A DNA stretch of 64,000 bases. Origin: Candidatus Omnitrophota bacterium (GTDB lineage: Bacteria > Omnitrophota > Gorgyraeia > Tantalellales > Tantalellaceae). Location: contig JBDRNE010000025.1 in the NCBI GenBank assembly GCA_043811395.1, positions 7,137 through 71,136 on the forward strand, in the 5' to 3' direction. This document shows positions 63,696 through 64,000 of the stretch, one piece after another. The position numbers were made by a program, and so were the translations under genes. The notes below the pieces were generated by a model. It was not told the origin of the DNA, ran no database searches, and worked only from the letters and a program-made list of their open reading frames with translations. Every line of letters begins with the position of its first letter. Position 1 is the first letter of the stretch.

Positions 63696-64000
63696 ATGAA
63701 AGGCATAATCTTAGCGGGAGGGAAAGCGACACGGCTTTATCCTATAACAAAAGGCGTTTGCAAGCAGATGTTGCCGGTATATGATAAACCTCTTGTTTAT
63801 TATCCTTTATCAGTTTTAATGCTTGCCGGGATAAAAGACATTTTGATTATTTCGACGCCTAAAGATACCTCGAGGTTTAAAGACTTATTGGGTACGGGCA
63901 GAGATCTCGGAATTAACCTTACATACAAAGTGCAGGACGCGCCGCGCGGGATCGCGGAAGCTTTTATCGTGGCGGAAGAATTTATTGGCAAGGATACAGT
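63696..64000 (+). CDS. rmlA: glucose-1-phosphate thymidylyltransferase (RmlA), N-terminal part; continues beyond the window
   Basis: [57 protein letters not shown] ... is near-identical in pattern to RmlA N-termini; GGAGG RBS 4 nt upstream of ATG 63696; no stop before the window end. Confidence 0.8.
   Translation, partial: MKGIILAGGKATRLYPITKGVCKQMLPVYDKPLVYYPLSVLMLAGIKDILIISTPKDTSRFKDLLGTGRDLGINLTYKVQDAPRGIAEAFIVAEEFIGKDT

Noticed and set aside
1-64000. Mobile genetic element, prophage or defence system (RM, toxin-antitoxin, Cas, abortive infection) content
   Set aside because: No integrase, transposase, recombinase, phage structural, nuclease/helicase or small toxin-antitoxin pairs could be recognised. 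All ORFs are accounted for by glycan biosynthesis, export and regulation functions. The novelty here appears to be biosynthetic rather than a defence island.

Overview
This window is a single, densely packed surface-glycan (O-antigen / capsule / EPS-like) biosynthesis locus. It is AT-rich (roughly 35-40% GC by eye) and bacterial, with recognisable Shine-Dalgarno sites and frequent ATGA/TAGTG stop-start overlaps. Every convincing gene, about 60 CDS, is on the + strand, from a truncated Wzz-like chain-length determinant at the left edge to a truncated rmlA at the right edge. I found no rRNA, tRNA, CRISPR array, transposase or integrase. Recognisable modules are: (i) a heptose branch made of a split transketolase, GmhA and a reversed-domain-order HldE-like kinase/nucleotidyltransferase; (ii) a CDP-hexose branch (RfbF, RfbG, RmlC-like epimerase, SDR reductase); (iii) an Arn-like lipid-linked amino-sugar set (DegT aminotransferase, formyltransferase, NodB-type deacetylase, two GT2 polyprenyl-phosphate sugar transferases, GT-C membrane transferase); (iv) a FabH-ACP-FabG cassette with three hexapeptide acyltransferases; (v) an initiating WecA-like phosphoglycosyltransferase, GT2/GT4 transferases, a Wzy-like polymerase and an MsbA/PglK-like ABC exporter; (vi) a carbamoyltransferase, an SGNH hydrolase and a MarR-type EPS regulator. 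The striking feature is tailoring capacity: six cobalamin-binding (class B) radical SAM enzymes, three further radical SAM/SPASM-type enzymes and seven SAM-dependent methyltransferases (TylF-like O-MT, NDP-hexose C-MT-like, FkbM-like and others) sit in one operon-like array. That points to a heavily C-/O-methylated, acylated, carbamoylated glycan of a kind not described for characterised loci. Other observations: a degraded acetyltransferase pseudogene next to an AT-poorer/AT-richer compositional mosaic, a shared G5/C5 palindromic repeat at two intergenic sites, a perfect consensus sigma70 promoter driving an apparently leaderless MarR gene, and several large uncharacterised proteins. All calls come from reading the translations and sequence by eye; no database search was possible.
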